Assembly: GCA_004431415.1 (NCBI GenBank)
Contig: QPMI01000562.1
Span: 62,001-126,000, forward strand
Direction: 5' to 3'
Origin: Cyanophora paradoxa CCMP329
Taxonomy: Eukaryota > Plantae > Glaucophyta
Length of the DNA: 64,000 nucleotides
The notes beneath the pieces are model-generated. The model was not told the DNA's origin. It made no database searches and saw only the letters and a program-made list of their open reading frames with translations. A program made the position numbers and the translations under genes. Positions 36,679 through 50,630 of the stretch are shown here, one piece after another (within the stretch, counting starts at the first letter, position 1; every line of letters begins with the position of its first letter).

Positions 36679-39600
36679 GATTTGGGATCTCACGCCCCGT
36701 GCGCGCATGCTGGTTTTGATCTTTCAAATTCAGACGCAGTCACGTGATCATGACCCTCCCTTTCTAACCTCGCCTGTCTCGCGCAGTGCCTCCATCGCCT
36801 GTTCCTGAGCCGCAACTCTCCGCTCAGCGATCCTCCATCGAGTGCAGCTCGAATAGGACATTCGTCGGCGAGGAGTTGAACTGCACGTTCTTCCCGCGCA
36901 CCGATTCCGGCGCCCCGTACCCCGCTTTGCCGTCGAACATCAGTCTCTCCGGCGCTGGCGACGCCGTCGCTGCGTTCCGATCGCCCCTGTGGTCGAACCG
37001 CACCTCAAGCCTCACCTTCGCCGTCCTTTTCAATCACAGCCTGGAGGAGCCCGCGAACGCTGTGATTGCCATCTGGAGAAACGCTTCGAATTCTGCCGGC
37101 CGATCAAACGCGACCCATTCGTCCGCGGCCGGCTCCAACTCGACATTCTTCGTTTCGCGCAATATATCCGTCCTCCCTCAAGTTCGGGTCGACCCAAGGT
37201 GCATGCGCTTGGCGATAAGTTCTCGTGTTCAATTGACGTAGGTGCACACGCACAGAACGGCAGTGGAGTGTGTGCCGAGCACGGTGTACATCGGATTCCC
37301 GACCGCGTGCACGATCACGTCCTCCACAAAGGTGAATTTGCCTTCAGCTCTAGATCTACCCCTTCTGCGGGCACCTGTGCACGTTGTGCCCCTGGTTTGC
37401 GGTTCGCCTAAAGCATCGCGCGCTTCTGCATGCGCAATCAGATACGGGACGCGGAGGCCAGCGCTTTGCTTCAGATGCTCGGGGCGCCGATGGTCGAGCT
37501 TGGCGGCGGCGTGAACCTCGCCGTCGCCTTCGACATATCTGCAGTGGAGGTTCTGCAGGCCGGTGACGGACAAGACGTGTCAAGATTTCGATTCACAATT
37601 ACGGCCCGCGTTGTGGGTGGGCTCGATCAACTAGCGCTTGCTGCAGCTGACCATGGGCGTGAACTGCGGATCTTTGTGCCTGTCTTCAAGTTCTGCTCAT
37701 GTCCCACGAACGATCTGCTGCCCCTGACAAGTGTTAACATCACGCTTAAACTGAGTGCGTGCTTTAATATGCTCTCCGCGTATATCCATGCATCTCGCAT
37801 TCGTTTCGCACTCACACAAGAGATCGACCGCGCACAGGCCCGTCTCACCTCCCGCCTTCGGCGACATTGTTTACACCGAAGTCCGTGTCTCTCCCCCTGC
37901 GATCCCTGAAACTGCACGCGCTGGCCGTTGGATCCTCGAGTGCCGTGTCTGATCAAGCAGGCGTCGTCGCCTGGACGAACGCCACCGTCAGCACTTGCGA
38001 TTGGATATTGGTTCGTTCTCATGCTTAGATATTTAAGCTTGCATGCAATGCTTTGATCGCGATTGCTTAAGCATGGATCGCAGACTCCGCTCAACATATC
38101 CAACGCAAACGATTTGAGTGATCTGAGCACCGAGGACAGTGAAGGCCAGAGCGCCCAGGGATGCGCGACATTCTGGATGAAGCCGCGTCTGGGCTCCTGG
38201 CTGCTGAAGCTCACAGTGACGGATAGCGCTGGCTACCGTTCATCTCTCACGCAGGTCGTGGCAGTCACCCCTCCGCTCAGTGCGTCCGGCCACCCGTCAT
38301 GCATTGCTGTAGTCACGACTAATTGCCACGGTGAACCAGACGCGACGATCGCGGTCAAGCTCGACACGGACTACGACGCGTTTGTCGCCAAGTACGCCAA
38401 CGGATCCTACAGCAGGCTACTCGACCTGCTGGCGACAGCCGGGCGAAATCTGTTCCAGCGGAGTCAGATCTACGGGCTGTCGGTGACGCGGGGCAGCGTT
38501 CTCATCCGGTTCAAGCTTCTTCGGCTCGCAAGCTCGAATCAGGCAAGCTCACAGGCCCTGGCCCAACGCACCCTACGCTGGCGCATGACGACTGCGCTGC
38601 GTTTGCAGACGGAGGAGCAGCTGAAGAATGCGTTGCAGCAAATTCGACTCTCTGATGCTTCGTTCGGCCAGGTGCCTTCGTTAGAGGGATTTTCGGCTGC
38701 CACATCAATATCAATAATACCCACGCACTCATTTTCAGTAGCCCACGTTATAATTAATATTAATCGAATATTGACAGTAGCCCGCCGGTATCGCTCGCAG
38801 GTATTCGATGCCCCAGTCCTGAGCGTCCAGGCGTACGAGGAACCGCCCTCGGCCGGTGTGTGTGTGTGTGTGTGAAGCGTTTCTATATACCCGCGCCGGC
38901 TGCACTGGCGCATTGCAATGGGGCATTTTCGAATGCACTTCGAGTTGACATTAGTATATATTCCTTGCACGCGCAGACATCGGCCAGGTTCGGCCCACAG
39001 TCTCCCGGGCGGCGTTTCTGTACGTCGACGGCAAGCCCACAATCGTCGCGATGCTCGGGAACAACGAAGCCTCCCCAGCCCTGCAAATAACATGGCGCCA
39101 GATCAGCGGGCCGCAGGACATCTCGGCGCAGCTCGCCGCATCGAATCAAGCGCAGTTGTCCGTCGACGCTGCCAGCGCGTTCGACGTATCCGTTCCGCTG
39201 TCTTCCAGCCTGAGGAACGGGACGTACGTGCTTGAGCTCACCGTGGTCGACGTGTTCAACTACGAGACAAAGCTGCAAGTGGAGCTCATCGTCGACCCGC
39301 CCCCCAGTCCGTCGGTCGCCGCTTCGAATTCCGGTGAGCGCTGCGATGTGAAAGCGGAAGATGCATTCGTTATACTCTCTTAGCGTGTGATTGCTTTTCG
39401 GTATTCACCTTTCGGCCAGAACCGACAGCATCAGCTTTGGGCGCCGCGGTCGGTGCTGCAATGACGGCGGCGGCCGCAGTCGCGGCGGGAACTTCGGCGG
39501 CAGCTTCGGCTGCGGGCAGCGCCGCTCCGAACGGTGGGTCACAGCTGATTCGCGATCCGACTCGGCGACCTTTCTTTTAACAACACATCGCGATCGTGCT

Positions 39601-39988
39601 TTCAGTCGACGTCGGGGGCGATTTCGGCGGGGACGCTGGCGGCGATGCGGGCGGGGACGCCGGCGGGGATTCGGGCGGGGACGACGCGGGGGATGGCGGC
39701 GACCTGGAGGCTGAAGGTGGCGATGCGGAGGCGGTCGAGGAAGAGGAGAACGAGGACGAGATCGATGCAGAGGACCAGGATATGGTCGAGCAGGAGAGGC
39801 GACGCCAGGCACAACTCGAAGCCGGCGGCGACGTGGAGGTAGCTATATAGCCCGATGCATCGATTGATACACATACGAATTCATTTCGCTCGCCGCAGTG
39901 GTCACACTGCATTCTCAGATGGATATCGGTGGACTTGAAGGTGCTGGTGGCACCGGCGCCGGCGGAGGCGGAGACGGAGCCGCGATGG
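36679..39988 (+). pseudogene. Segment 2 of the interrupted host gene: end of WD40, Ig/PKD-like and SEA-like exons, Ala/Gly-rich hydrophobic stretch, acidic region
   Basis: IWDL; GSWLLKLTVTDSAG and ITWRQISGP..GTYVLELTVVD (PKD-like); LSVTRGSVLIRF (SEA-like); many N-x-S/T sequons. Confidence 0.75.
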
Positions 39989-42599
39989 TTTACGCCTCGC
40001 TTCATTCGAATGCAGAAGACCTAGCTATCTTACGCCTGACACTACTTAGCTAGATGCACGGGATAGCGCATCGGTTGGGCCCTGAGGTACGGCAGCTCAA
40101 GGCTGCTTTCCCGGGAACCACGTATCATAATACGTTGGCGATCGACCAGGGCGGATCGCCGTATGCCATTCCGGCCTCGCCCTTGCGAGTTCCGGAACAA
40201 GAACTCTCCGGGGTAAGCGCGCTAGGCGCCTGTACCCCGGGGAGGGCCGTTGCGGGCCGAGACGGTGTACCCCGCTCGGGGGTACTCCGCTCGGGGCCGT
40301 CGCGGGACCGATCGGGGTACCCCGCTCGGGGGTACACTTGATCGGGGCCGCTCTGACGCCGTACCCCTCTCCGGGGTACGCGTTCGGCCTCGGGCCGCGC
40401 CTTGTGGGGCCGGTTGGGGCGAACGGCGTACCCCGGGGAGGGGTACGCGGTTTCTTCCGGGTTCGGGGATCCGAAGCCGGGTACCGCCGCCGGAGGCCGC
40501 GGGGGTGAGCGTAGCGAACGCAGCACGAATGCAGTACCCCCTACCACACGCGTAGCGTGCCCATCGTCCGCAGACGACCATGAGACCAAGGAGTCGTACA
40601 AAAATACGACAACCAAGGCTCATCGGAAAACCGACAGAACTCCGGATCATGCATATGCGCGAAGTCTCCCCCCGCGCCGGGGCGGCAGACTCGAAACCAA
40701 CAAGTTACAGCGGGGAAAAACCGCGTAACAGCCATACGCGCTGGACCCCAGCTCGGCACCCGCGGGTCCAGCGGAAAAAACAGGGTAAAAACCCAGTGGG
40801 AAAACACTCGAGATTCGCAACGAAGCCGCGCGACTGTTTTTTGGGGCGCGCGCTGGGCCCGGCCGGCACAAGCGGGTCCAGCGGACGCGAGTGCAAACAC
40901 GAATGACGACCGATACACAGAGTCTGCGCGGTTCGTGCCCGAATCTTCGACGGAACCATTGTAAATTACCACGGATCAGCTGTGCACGACCACGTCCGCG
41001 CTGGTGGCCGGCACCGAGCGGGAGTACCATCCGGAACCGCGTGCGCAGGAGACGACAAGGAACCACGTATTATAATACCCTCGGCGAGCGCTGGTGCTGG
41101 TCGCCGTATGCATTGCCCTTGCGCGAACTTTCGCGGCGTCGGGGCTCGCTGGGTAGCGAGGTTCGGCGCCCCGGAGGACAAATCGCGGGGAGGTGGGCGG
41201 GAGCGATTTCGCTTCGCCGCTGGTCGCTTCGTGGCCTGGAGCGGCCGCGAGCGAAGCAGGGCGTGAAGGGAAACCCCGAATCAGCGTACCCCCCGGAGCT
41301 CGGCGGCTTCAAGCCCGCCGGCTCGGCCCAACGGCTAGCTCAGCTAGTCCCTTGCGGGGCGCTCGCTGCCGCCTGCTGCTCATCCCGTGCTCGCCTCGCG
41401 CCGCTCTGCGGCTAGCGAGTCGCTCAGCTCTTTCGTGCCTGGCGTTCGGCTACGGTCTTCTTTACTCGCATTCAGTCGGCGCAAAACTCGATTTACGCAT
41501 TGAGAGCGCAAATCCCGATTTACGCCTCGCTTCATTCGAATGCAGAAGACCTAGCTATCTTACGCCTGACACTACTTAGCTAGATGCACGGGATAGCGCA
41601 TCGGTTGGGCCCTGAGGTACGGCAGCTCAAGGCTGCTTTCCCGGGAACCACGTATCATAATACGTTGGCGATCGACCAGGGCGGATCGCCGTATGCCATT
41701 CCGGCCTCGCCCTTGCGAGTTCCGGAACAAGAACTCTCCGGGGTAAGCGCGCTAGGCGCCTGTACCCCGGGGAGGGCCGTTGCGGGCCGAGACGGTGTAC
41801 CCCGCTCGGGGGTACTCCGCTCGGGCCGTCGCGGACCGATCGGGTACCCCGCTCGGGGTACACTTGATCGGGGCCGCTCTGACGCCGTACCCTCTCCGGG
41901 GTACGCGTTCGGCCTCGGGCCGCGCCTTGTGGGGCCGGTTGGGCGAACGGCGTACCCGGGAGGGGTACGCGGTTTCTTCCGGGTTCGGGGATCCGAAGCC
42001 GGGTACCGCCGCCGGAGGCCGCGGGGGTGAGCGTAGCGAACGCAGCACGAATGCAGTACCCCTACCAAACAAGAGTCAGGTCACAGCCAGCCAGAATAGC
42101 ATACATAGGAACAAAGTGAGCAAGAGGGCGAAGGTTGTTTCGCCCTCCCCATTCCCCCCTCTCCTTCCTCCTTCCCCTGCCACCCCACGTGTCCCAGACG
42201 CTAGGCCTCCCTCCCCAGCGCACTGCGCTGTAGGAGGAACGGGCAGAGAGCGTGAATTCGGACAAACAACATGGGGCCGGGCGGGCCAAAACGCCCGAGG
42301 TAACGAGCCGGCACAGAAGGCTGGGGGGTTCTCGCCGTACCCCTATGGGACAGTCGACGAACCGGGGCGGCGCTGGATAGTGGCGCCGCCAGATCCCCGC
42401 CGCCGACAAGTCATGCTGGGCGGTGCGGGCCAGGGGCGCGCTACGGGTGGAGGGCGGGCAAGGCGGTCGCACTGCGCGTCGGCGTGAAGTCGCGCGAGGC
42501 CGTTACGGACCTCGGGGCCGCGGCGGAATCTAAAACCATCCCAGCCGGTGAGCACCGAAAGCGAGCCCACCACCGTCCTGCCCTGTGCAAGCAGGGTAG

Positions 42600-45500
42600 G
42601 CGGCGGAAGCGCGCCGCGCGGACGTGGGGGCCGCATAAGACCGCGGGAGCGGTCGCGGGGCCTCAGGGCCTGGAGCGCCCGTGGCACAGCACCGCGGGCG
42701 AGCCAGCGGTCAGCCCACCCTGCGCCAGCAGGCGAGGCGGCGGCGGTTTGGGGCCGCGCGAGGTCGTTGCGGACCTCGGGGCGGTGGTGGGGTCATGAGC
42801 TCCAGCAGGAGAGCGCTGCTGGGGAGCCAGAGGCCGGCCCGCCCTTCGCAAGCAGGTTATGCGGCGGCGGCGAGCTCAGTGGCGGCGCGGGAACGCGAGA
42901 GGTCGCTGCAGACTTCGGGCCGGGGGTGGAGCCTTGAGCTCCAGCCAGGAAGCGTCGCGGGCGAGCTAGAGGCCGGCCCGCCCTACGCAAGCTGGGGGAG
43001 CGATGGCAGCGGGCCGAGCGGTAGTGTGGGCCGCGCGAGGTCGCTTCAGACCTTGGGGAGGTGGTGGAGCCTCGAGCTCCAGCCGGGGAGCGCCGCGGGC
43101 ATGCCAGAGGCCGGCCCGCCTTGCGTACGCGGGTCAGGCGGCGGTGGCGAGCCGAGCTGTGGCATGGGGCCACGCGAGGTCGCCACGGACCTTGGGGCGG
43201 CGGCGGAGCTTTGAGCTCCAGTAGGAGGCGTTGCGGGCGAGCCAGCAGCCGGCCCGCCCTGCGCAAGCAGGTCAGGCGGCGGCGGCGAGCCGAGCGGCGG
43301 CGCGGGGCCCCGCGAGGTCGCAGTAGACCTCGGTGTAATGGTGGGGCCTGGAGTTTTAGCCAGGGGGCCTTGCGGGCGAGCCAGGGGCCGGCCCGCCCTG
43401 CGCAAGCAGGATAAGCGGCGGCGGTGGGTCGAGCGGCGGCGCGGGGCCGCGCGAGGCCGTGACGGACCTCGGGGTCGCGAAGGAGCCTTGAGCTCCAGCA
43501 GGGGGGCGACGCGGGCGAGCCAGAGGCTGGCCCGCCCTGCGCCAGCAGGCGAGGCGGCGGCGGAGAGCCGAGCGGCGGCGCGGGGCCGTGCGAGGTCGCT
43601 GCAGACCTCGGGGCGGTGGTGGAGGCTTGAGCTCCAGCAGGAGAGCGCTGCTGGCGAGCCAGCGACCGGCCTGCCCTTCGCGAGTAGGTCTGACGGCGGT
43701 AGTGGGTAGAGCGGCGGCGCGGGACCGCGCGGGGCCGCTACGGACCTTCGGGCGGAGGCGGAGCTTTTAGCTACCGCAGGAGGCGCTGCGCGCGGTCCAC
43801 CGGCCGGCCCGCCCTTGGGGCGGTGGCGGAGCTTCGAGCTCCAGCCAGGAAGCGTCCGACGGCCGCGGACGGGCTAAGGGCCGGCCCGCCCTGTGCCAGC
43901 CGGTCCGGCGGAAGCAGTGAGCCGGACGGTGGCGCCAGGCCGCGCGAGGTCGCTGAAGACCTCGGGGAGGTGGTGGAGCCTTGAGCTCCAGCAGGAGAGC
44001 GCGGTGGGCGGGCCCGCGGCCGGCCCGCCCTGCACCCGCAGGTCAGGCGGCGGCGGCAAGCCGGGTGGTGGCGTGGGGCCGTGCGAGGCCGTGAACGGAC
44101 CTCGGGGTGGAGGTGGAGCCTTGGGCTCCAGCCGGAGAGCGCGGCGGACGAGCCAGCGGCCGGCCCGCCCTGCGCAAGCCGGTCAGGCAGTGGCGGTACG
44201 CCGAGCTGCAGCGCGGGGCCGCGCGAGGCCGTGAACGGACCTCGGGGCGGAGGTGGGGCCCTGGGTTCTAGCTGGGGAGCGCTGCATGCGAGCCAGCGGC
44301 CGGCCCGCCCTGCGCAGGCAGGGTATGCGGCGGCGGCGAGTCGAGCGATAGCGCGGGGCCGCGCGAAGCCGTGACGGACCTCGGGGCGGAGGCGGAGCCC
44401 TGGGCTCCAGTCGGGGAGCGCTGCATGCGAGCCCGCGGCCGGCCCTGCGCAGGCAGGTTATGCGGCGGCGGCGGGTCGAGCGGTAGCGCGGGGCCGCGCG
44501 AGGCCTTGACAGGCCTCGGGTTGAAGGTGGAGCCCTGGGCTCCAGCCGGGGAGCGCTACATGCGAGCCAGCGGCCGGCCCGCCCTGCGCAAGCAGACTAT
44601 GCGGCAGCGGCCGGTCGAGCGGCAGCGCGGGGCCGCGCGAAGCCGTGACGGACCTCGGGGCGGCGGTGGAGCCTTGAGCTCCAGCCGGGGAGCGCTGCAT
44701 TGCGAGCCAACGGCCGGCCCGCCCTGCGCCAGCAGGTCAGGCAGTGGCGGTACGCCGAGCTGCAGCGCGGGGCCGCGCGAGGCCGTGAAGGGCCTCGGGG
44801 CAGCGGTGGAGCCCTGGGGTCCAGCCGGGGAGCGCTGCATGCGAGCCCACGGCCGGCCTGCCCTGCGCAAGCAGGTTATGCGGCGGCGGCGGGTCGAGCG
44901 GCAGCGCGGGGCTGCGCGAGGCCGTGACGGACCTCGGGGCGGAGGTGGCGCCCTGGACTCCAGCCGGGGAGCGCTGCATGCGAGCCAGCGGCCGGCCCGC
45001 CCTGCGCAAGCAGGTTCTGCGGCGGCGGCGGGTCGAGCAGCAGCGCGGGGCCGCTCGAGGCCGTGACTGACCTCGGGGCGGAGGTGGGGCCCTGGGCTCC
45101 AGCTGGGGAGCGCTGCATGCGAGCCAGCGGCCGGCCCGCCCTGCGCAGGCAGGGTATGCGGCGGCGGCGAGTCGAGCGGCAGCGTGGGGCCGCGCGAAGC
45201 CGTGACGGACCTCGGGGCGAAGGCGGAGTCCTGGGCTCCAGCCAGGGGGCGCTGCATGCGAGCCAGCGGCCTGCCCTGCGCAGGCAGGTTATGCGGCGGC
45301 GGCGGGTCGAGCGGCAGCGCGGGGCCGCGCGAGGCTTTGACAGGCCTCGGGGCGGAGGTGGCGCCCTGGGCTCGAGCCAGGGAGCGCTCCCTGCGAGCCA
45401 GCGGTCGGCCCGCCCCGCGCCAGCAGGTTATGCGGCGGCGGCGGGTCGAGCGGCGGCGCGGGGCCGCGCGAAGTTGTGACGGACCTCGGGGCGGAGGTGG

Positions 45501-48050
45501 AGCCCTGGGCTCCAGCCGGGGAGCGCTGCATGCGAGCCAGCGGCCGGCCCGCCCTGCGCAAGCAGGATAAGCGGCGGCGGCGGGTCGAGCGGCAGCGCGG
45601 GGCCGAGCGAAGCCGTGACGGACCTCGGGGTGGAGGTGGAGCCCTGGGCTCCAGCCGGGGAGCGCTGCTTGCGAGCAAGCGGCCGGCCCGCCCTGCGCAA
45701 GCAGGGTACGCGGCGGCGGCGGGTCGAGCGGCAGCGCGGGGCTGCGCGAGGCCGTGACGGACCTCGGGGCGGAGGTGGCGCCCTGGGCTCCAGCCGGGGA
45801 GCGCGGCATGCGAGCCAGCGGCCGGCCCGCCCTGCGCAAGCAGGTTCTGCGGCGGCGGCGGGTCGAGCGGCGGCGCGGGGCCGCGCGAGGCCGTGACGGA
45901 CCTCGGGGCGGAGGTGGAGCCCTGGGCTCCAGCCGGAGAGCGCCGCGGTCGAGCCAGCGGCCGGCCCGCCCTGCGCAAGCAGGTTATGCGGCGGCGGCGG
46001 GTCGAGCGGCAGCGCGGGGCCGCGCGAGGCCGTGACGGACCTCGGGGCGGGGGTGGATCCCTGGGCTCCAGCCGGGGCGCGCTGCCTGCGAGCCAGCGGC
46101 CGGCCCGCCCCGCGCCAGCAGGTCATGCGGCGGCGGCGGGTCGAGCGGCAGCGCGGGGCCGCGTGAGGCCGGGACGGACCTCGGGGCGGAGGTGGAGCCC
46201 TGGGCTCCAGCCGGGGGGCGCGGCAGGTGAGCCAGCGGCCGGCCCGCCCTGCGCGAGCAGGTTATGCGGTGGCGGCGGGTCGAGGTAGCGCGGGGCCACG
46301 TGAGGCCGTGACGGACCTCGGGGCGGAGATGGAGCCCTGGGCTCCAGCCGGGGAGCGCGGCAGGTGAGCCAGCGGTCGGCCCGCCCTGCGCCAGCAGGTT
46401 ATGCGGCGGTCGTGGGCGGCGGGCGAGTGGCGGCGCGGGGCCGCGCGAGGCCGCTGCAGACCTCGGGGAGGCGGTGAAGCCTTGAGCTCCAGCAGGGGAA
46501 TGTGGCGGGTGCTTCAGCGGCCGGCCCGCCCTGCGCCAGTGATTCACTGAGTCAGGCGGCTGTGGCGAGCTTATCGGCAGCGTCGGGCCGCGCGAGGCCG
46601 TGACGGACCTCGGGGTGGAGGTGGAGCCCTGGGCTCCAGCCGGGGAGTGCCGCAGGTGAGGAAGCGGCCGGCCCGCCCTCGGGGCGGAGGTGGAGCCCTG
46701 GGCTCGAGCCGGGGAGTGCTGCCTGCGAGCCAGCGGCCGGCCCGCCCCGCGCCAGCAGGTTATGCGGCGGCGACGGGTCGAGCGGCAGCGCGGGGCCGCG
46801 CGAGGCCTTGACAGGCCTCGGGTTGAAGGTGGAGCCCTGGGCTCCAGCCGGGGAGCGCTGCATGCGAGCCAGCGGCCGGCCCGCCCTGCGCAAGCAGGTT
46901 CTGCGGCGGCGGCGGGTCGAGCGGCGGCGCGGGGCCGCGCGAGGCCGTGACGGCCTCGGGGTGGAGGTGGAGCCTTGGGCTCCAGCCGGGGAGCGCTGCA
47001 TGCGAGCCAGCGGCCGGCCCGCCCTGCGCAAGCAGGTTCTGCGGCGGCGGCGGGTCGAGCGGCAGCGCGGGCTGCGCGAGGCCGTGACGGACCTCGGGGC
47101 GGAGGTGGCGCCCTGGGCTCCAGCCGGGGAGCGCTGCATGCGAGCCAGCGGCCGGCCCGCCCTGCGCAAGCAGGTTCTGCGGCGGCGGCGGGTCGAGCGG
47201 CAGCGCGGGGCTGCGCGAGGCCGTGACGGACCTCGGGCGGAGGTGGCGCCCTGGGCTCCAGCCGGGGAGCGCTGCATGCGAGCCAGCGGCCGGCCCGCCC
47301 TGCGCAAGCAGGTTCTGCGGCGGCGGCGGGTCGAGCGGCGGCGCGGGGCCGCGCGAGGCCGTGACGGCCTGGGGGTGGAGGTGGAGCCCTGGGCTCCAGC
47401 CGGGGACCGCGGTATGCGAGCCAGCGGCCGGCCTGCCCTGCGCAAGCAGGTCATGCGGCGGCGGCGGGTCGAGCGGCGGTGCGGGGCCGCGCGAGGCCGT
47501 GACGGACCTCGGGGCGGAGGTGGCGCCCTGGACTCCAGCCGGAGAGCGCTGCCTGCGAACCAGCGGCCGGCCCGCCCTGCGCCAGCAGGTCAGGCGGAGG
47601 CGGCGAGCCGAGCGGCGTTGCCGGGCCGCGCGAGGTCGCTGCAGACCTCGGGGCGGAGGTGGAGCCTTGGGCTCCAGCCGGGGAGCGCAGCATGCGAGCC
47701 AGCGGCCGGCCTGCCCTGCGCAAGCAGGTTATGCGGCGGCGGCGGGTAAAGCGGCGGCGCGGGCCGCGCGAGGTCGCTACGGACCTCGGGGCGGAGGTGG
47801 AGCCCAAGGGGCTCCAGCCGGAGGGCGCTGCAGGCGAGCCCGCGGCCGGCCTGCCCTGCGCAAGCAGGTCAGGCGGCGGTGGCGGTCGAGCGGCGGCGCG
47901 GGGCCGCGCGAGGTCGCTTTCGGGCCTCGGGGCGGAGCCGTGGAGGTGGAGCCCAGGCTCCCGCCGGAGAGCGCTGCGGTCGAGCCAGCGGCCGGCCCGT
48001 CCTGCGCAAGCAGAGTATGCGGCGGCGGCGGGTCGAGCGGCGGCGTGGGG
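42600..48050. repeat. Tandem array, 139-bp unit, roughly 38-40 copies
   Basis: GTGACGGACCTCGGGG anchor at 45476, 45615, 45754, 45893 and 46032; edges are more diverged than the centre. Confidence 0.92.
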
Positions 48051-48769
48051 CGCGCGACGGCGCGGCGCGGATGCGCGGAAGGTCGCCAGCGGGCCGACTC
48101 GCAGCGAGATCTGGAGCGCCAGCGAGGGCTGTAGTCCGCAGCGCCACGCGCCAGCGACAGCACTGCGGCAGCGGAAGCGCCAGCCTGGCAGTTGCAGCTG
48201 CAGCTCAGCGGCTGCGGTGTCGGGCGCCGCGGCGGAGGCTGAGGCCGGGCTGACTCGCACGCGCTCGGGAGCTGCAGTACTACTAGTAGTACTGGGGACT
48301 AGCTTACGTGCAGCCGGGCATGGCATGCGGCGATGCGCCGCGGCGCTGCTGATGCGCGCTGCGGGCCTAGCGATAGGCCTGCGGCAGCGGATTCTGAGCG
48401 CGGAAGCGCCCGGAAGCACCAGCCAGGTAGCTACCGCCGCAGCCTACCGGTAGCGACTACTAGCGAGCCTCGGAGACCGCGCGCCGGGCCGCCGGCGCGG
48501 CGCGCGCGCGCGCGCGGCCGCGGCCGCCGGCGCCGCGGGCCCGCGGCCGCGGGTTCGCGCGGAATCGCGCCCTCGCGGGTCCGCCGGTCCGGCCGGGACG
48601 TTTGTTGTTTTTTGTTTTTGTTTTGTTTTTAGGTCGAGTCAACCATTGAATTGACTAAAATCGACCACAGACAAACAAAAAACAAAAACACTCTGCGATC
48701 GCGATCGATCGCGAGGCTGCATGCGCAGCGGGCACTCCGACGGAGTGCGGCCGCGGGGCCTGTAGAGCG

Positions 48770-50630
48770 ACGCGCCAGCGGTCCCCGACTCCCCGGAACT
48801 AGATCCGAGGACGGGGCCCGCAGCGGCGAGCGCCAGCGGGCCATCTCGCAGCGGTTCCGCCAGCGAGGCCGTACTCCGGGGTGGAGCTCGCCGGCCGCGG
48901 GCGCGGCCGGGGGCCTGCGGGGCAGGCCGGGGCCGCGGCGCGCCGCGCCAGCGGTCCCCGGAACTCCGAGGACGGGGCCCGCAGCGCGACGCGCCAGCGG
49001 GCCATCTCGCAGCGGTTCCGCCAGCGAGGCCGTACTCCGGGGTGGAGCTCGCCGGCCGCGGGCGCGGCCGGGGCCTGCGGGCAGGCCGGGACCGCGGCGC
49101 GCCGCGCCAGCGGTCCCCGGAACTCCGAGCACGGGGCCCGCAGCGCGACGCGCCAGCGGGCCATCTCGCAGCGGTTCCGCCAGCGAGGCCGTACTCCGGG
49201 GAGGAGCTCGCCGGCCGCGGGCGCGGCCGGGCCTGCGGGGCAGGCCGGGACCGCGGCGCGCCGCGCCAGCGGTCCCCGGAGCTCCGAGCACGGGGCCCGC
49301 AGCGCGACGCGCCAGCGGGCCATCTCGCAGCGGTTCCGCCAGCGAGGCCGTACTCCGGGGTGGAGCTCGCCGGCCGCGGGCGCGGCCGGGGCCTGCGGGC
49401 AGGCCGGGACCGCGGCGCGCCGCGCCAGCGGTCCCCGGAACTCCGAGCACGGGGCCCGCAGCGCGACGCGCCAGCGGGCCATCTCGCAGCGGTTCCGCCA
49501 GCGAGGCCGTACTCCGGGGTGGAGCTCGCCGGCCGCGGGCGCGGCCGGGGCCTGCGGGGCAGGCCGGGACCGCGGCGCGCCGCGCCAGCGGTCCCCGGAA
49601 CTCCGAGCACGGGGCCCGCAGCGCGACGCGCCAGCGGGCCATCTCGCAGCGGTTCCGCCAGCGAGGCCGTACTCCGGGGAGGAGCTCGCCGGCCGCGGGC
49701 GCGGCCGGGGCCTGCGGGGCAGGGCGGGACCGCGGCGCGCCGCGCCAGCGGTCCCCGGAGCTCCGAGCACGGGGCCCGCAGCGCGACGCGCCAGCGGGCC
49801 ATCTCGCAGCGGTTCCGCCAGCGAGGCCGTACTCCGGGGTGGAGCTCGCCGGCCGTGGGCGCGGCCGGGGCCTGCGGGGCAGGCCGGGACCGCGGCGCGC
49901 CGCGCCAGCGGTCCCCGGAACTCCGAGCACGGGCCCGCAGCGCGACGCGCCAGCGGGCCATCTCGCAGCGGTTCCGCCAGCGAGGCCGTACTCCGGGGTG
50001 GAGCTCGCCGGCCGCGGGCGCGGCCGGGGGCCTGCGGGGCAGGCCGGGGCCGCGGCGCGCCGCGCCAGCGGTCCCCGGAACTCCGAGGACGGGGCCCGCA
50101 GCGCGACGCGCTAGCGGGCCATCTCGCAGCGGTTCCGCCAGCGAGGCCGTACTCCGGGGTGGAGCTCGCCGGCCGCGGGCGCGGCCGGGGCCTGCGGGGC
50201 AGGCCGGGACCGCGGCGCGCCGCGCCAGCGGTCCCCGGAACTCCGAGCACGGGGCCCGCAGCGCGACGCGCCAGCGGGCCATCTCGCAGCGGTTCCGCCA
50301 GCGAGGCCGTACTCCGGGGTGGAGCTCGCCGGCCGCGGGCGCGGCCGGGGCCTGCGGGGCAGGCCGGGACCGCGGCGCGCCGCGCCAGCGGTCCCCGGAA
50401 CTCCGAGGACGGGGCCCGCAGCGCGACGCGCCAGCGGGCCATCTCGCAGCGGTTCCGCCAGCGAGGCCGTACTCCGGGGGGAGCTCGCCGGCCGCGGCGC
50501 GGCCGGGGCCTGCGGGGCAGGCCGGGACCGCGGCGCGCCGCGCCAGCGGTCCCCGGAACTCCGAGGACGGGGCCCGCAGCGAGGCGCCAGCGGGCCGACT
50601 CGCAGCGAGGCGCCAGCGAGAACCGTACTC
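48770..50630. repeat. Tandem array, ~160-bp unit, ~11.5 near-identical copies
   Basis: GTACTCC anchor at 48871, 49032, 49191, 49350, 49509, 49669, 49829, 49988, 50149, 50309 and 50469. Confidence 0.93.

Noticed and set aside
48770-50630. Possible CRISPR array or hammerhead retrozyme array
   Set aside because: Units are contiguous near-identical repeats with no unique spacers and no cas genes. I found no CUGAnGA/GAAA hammerhead core by eye; an Infernal search would be decisive.
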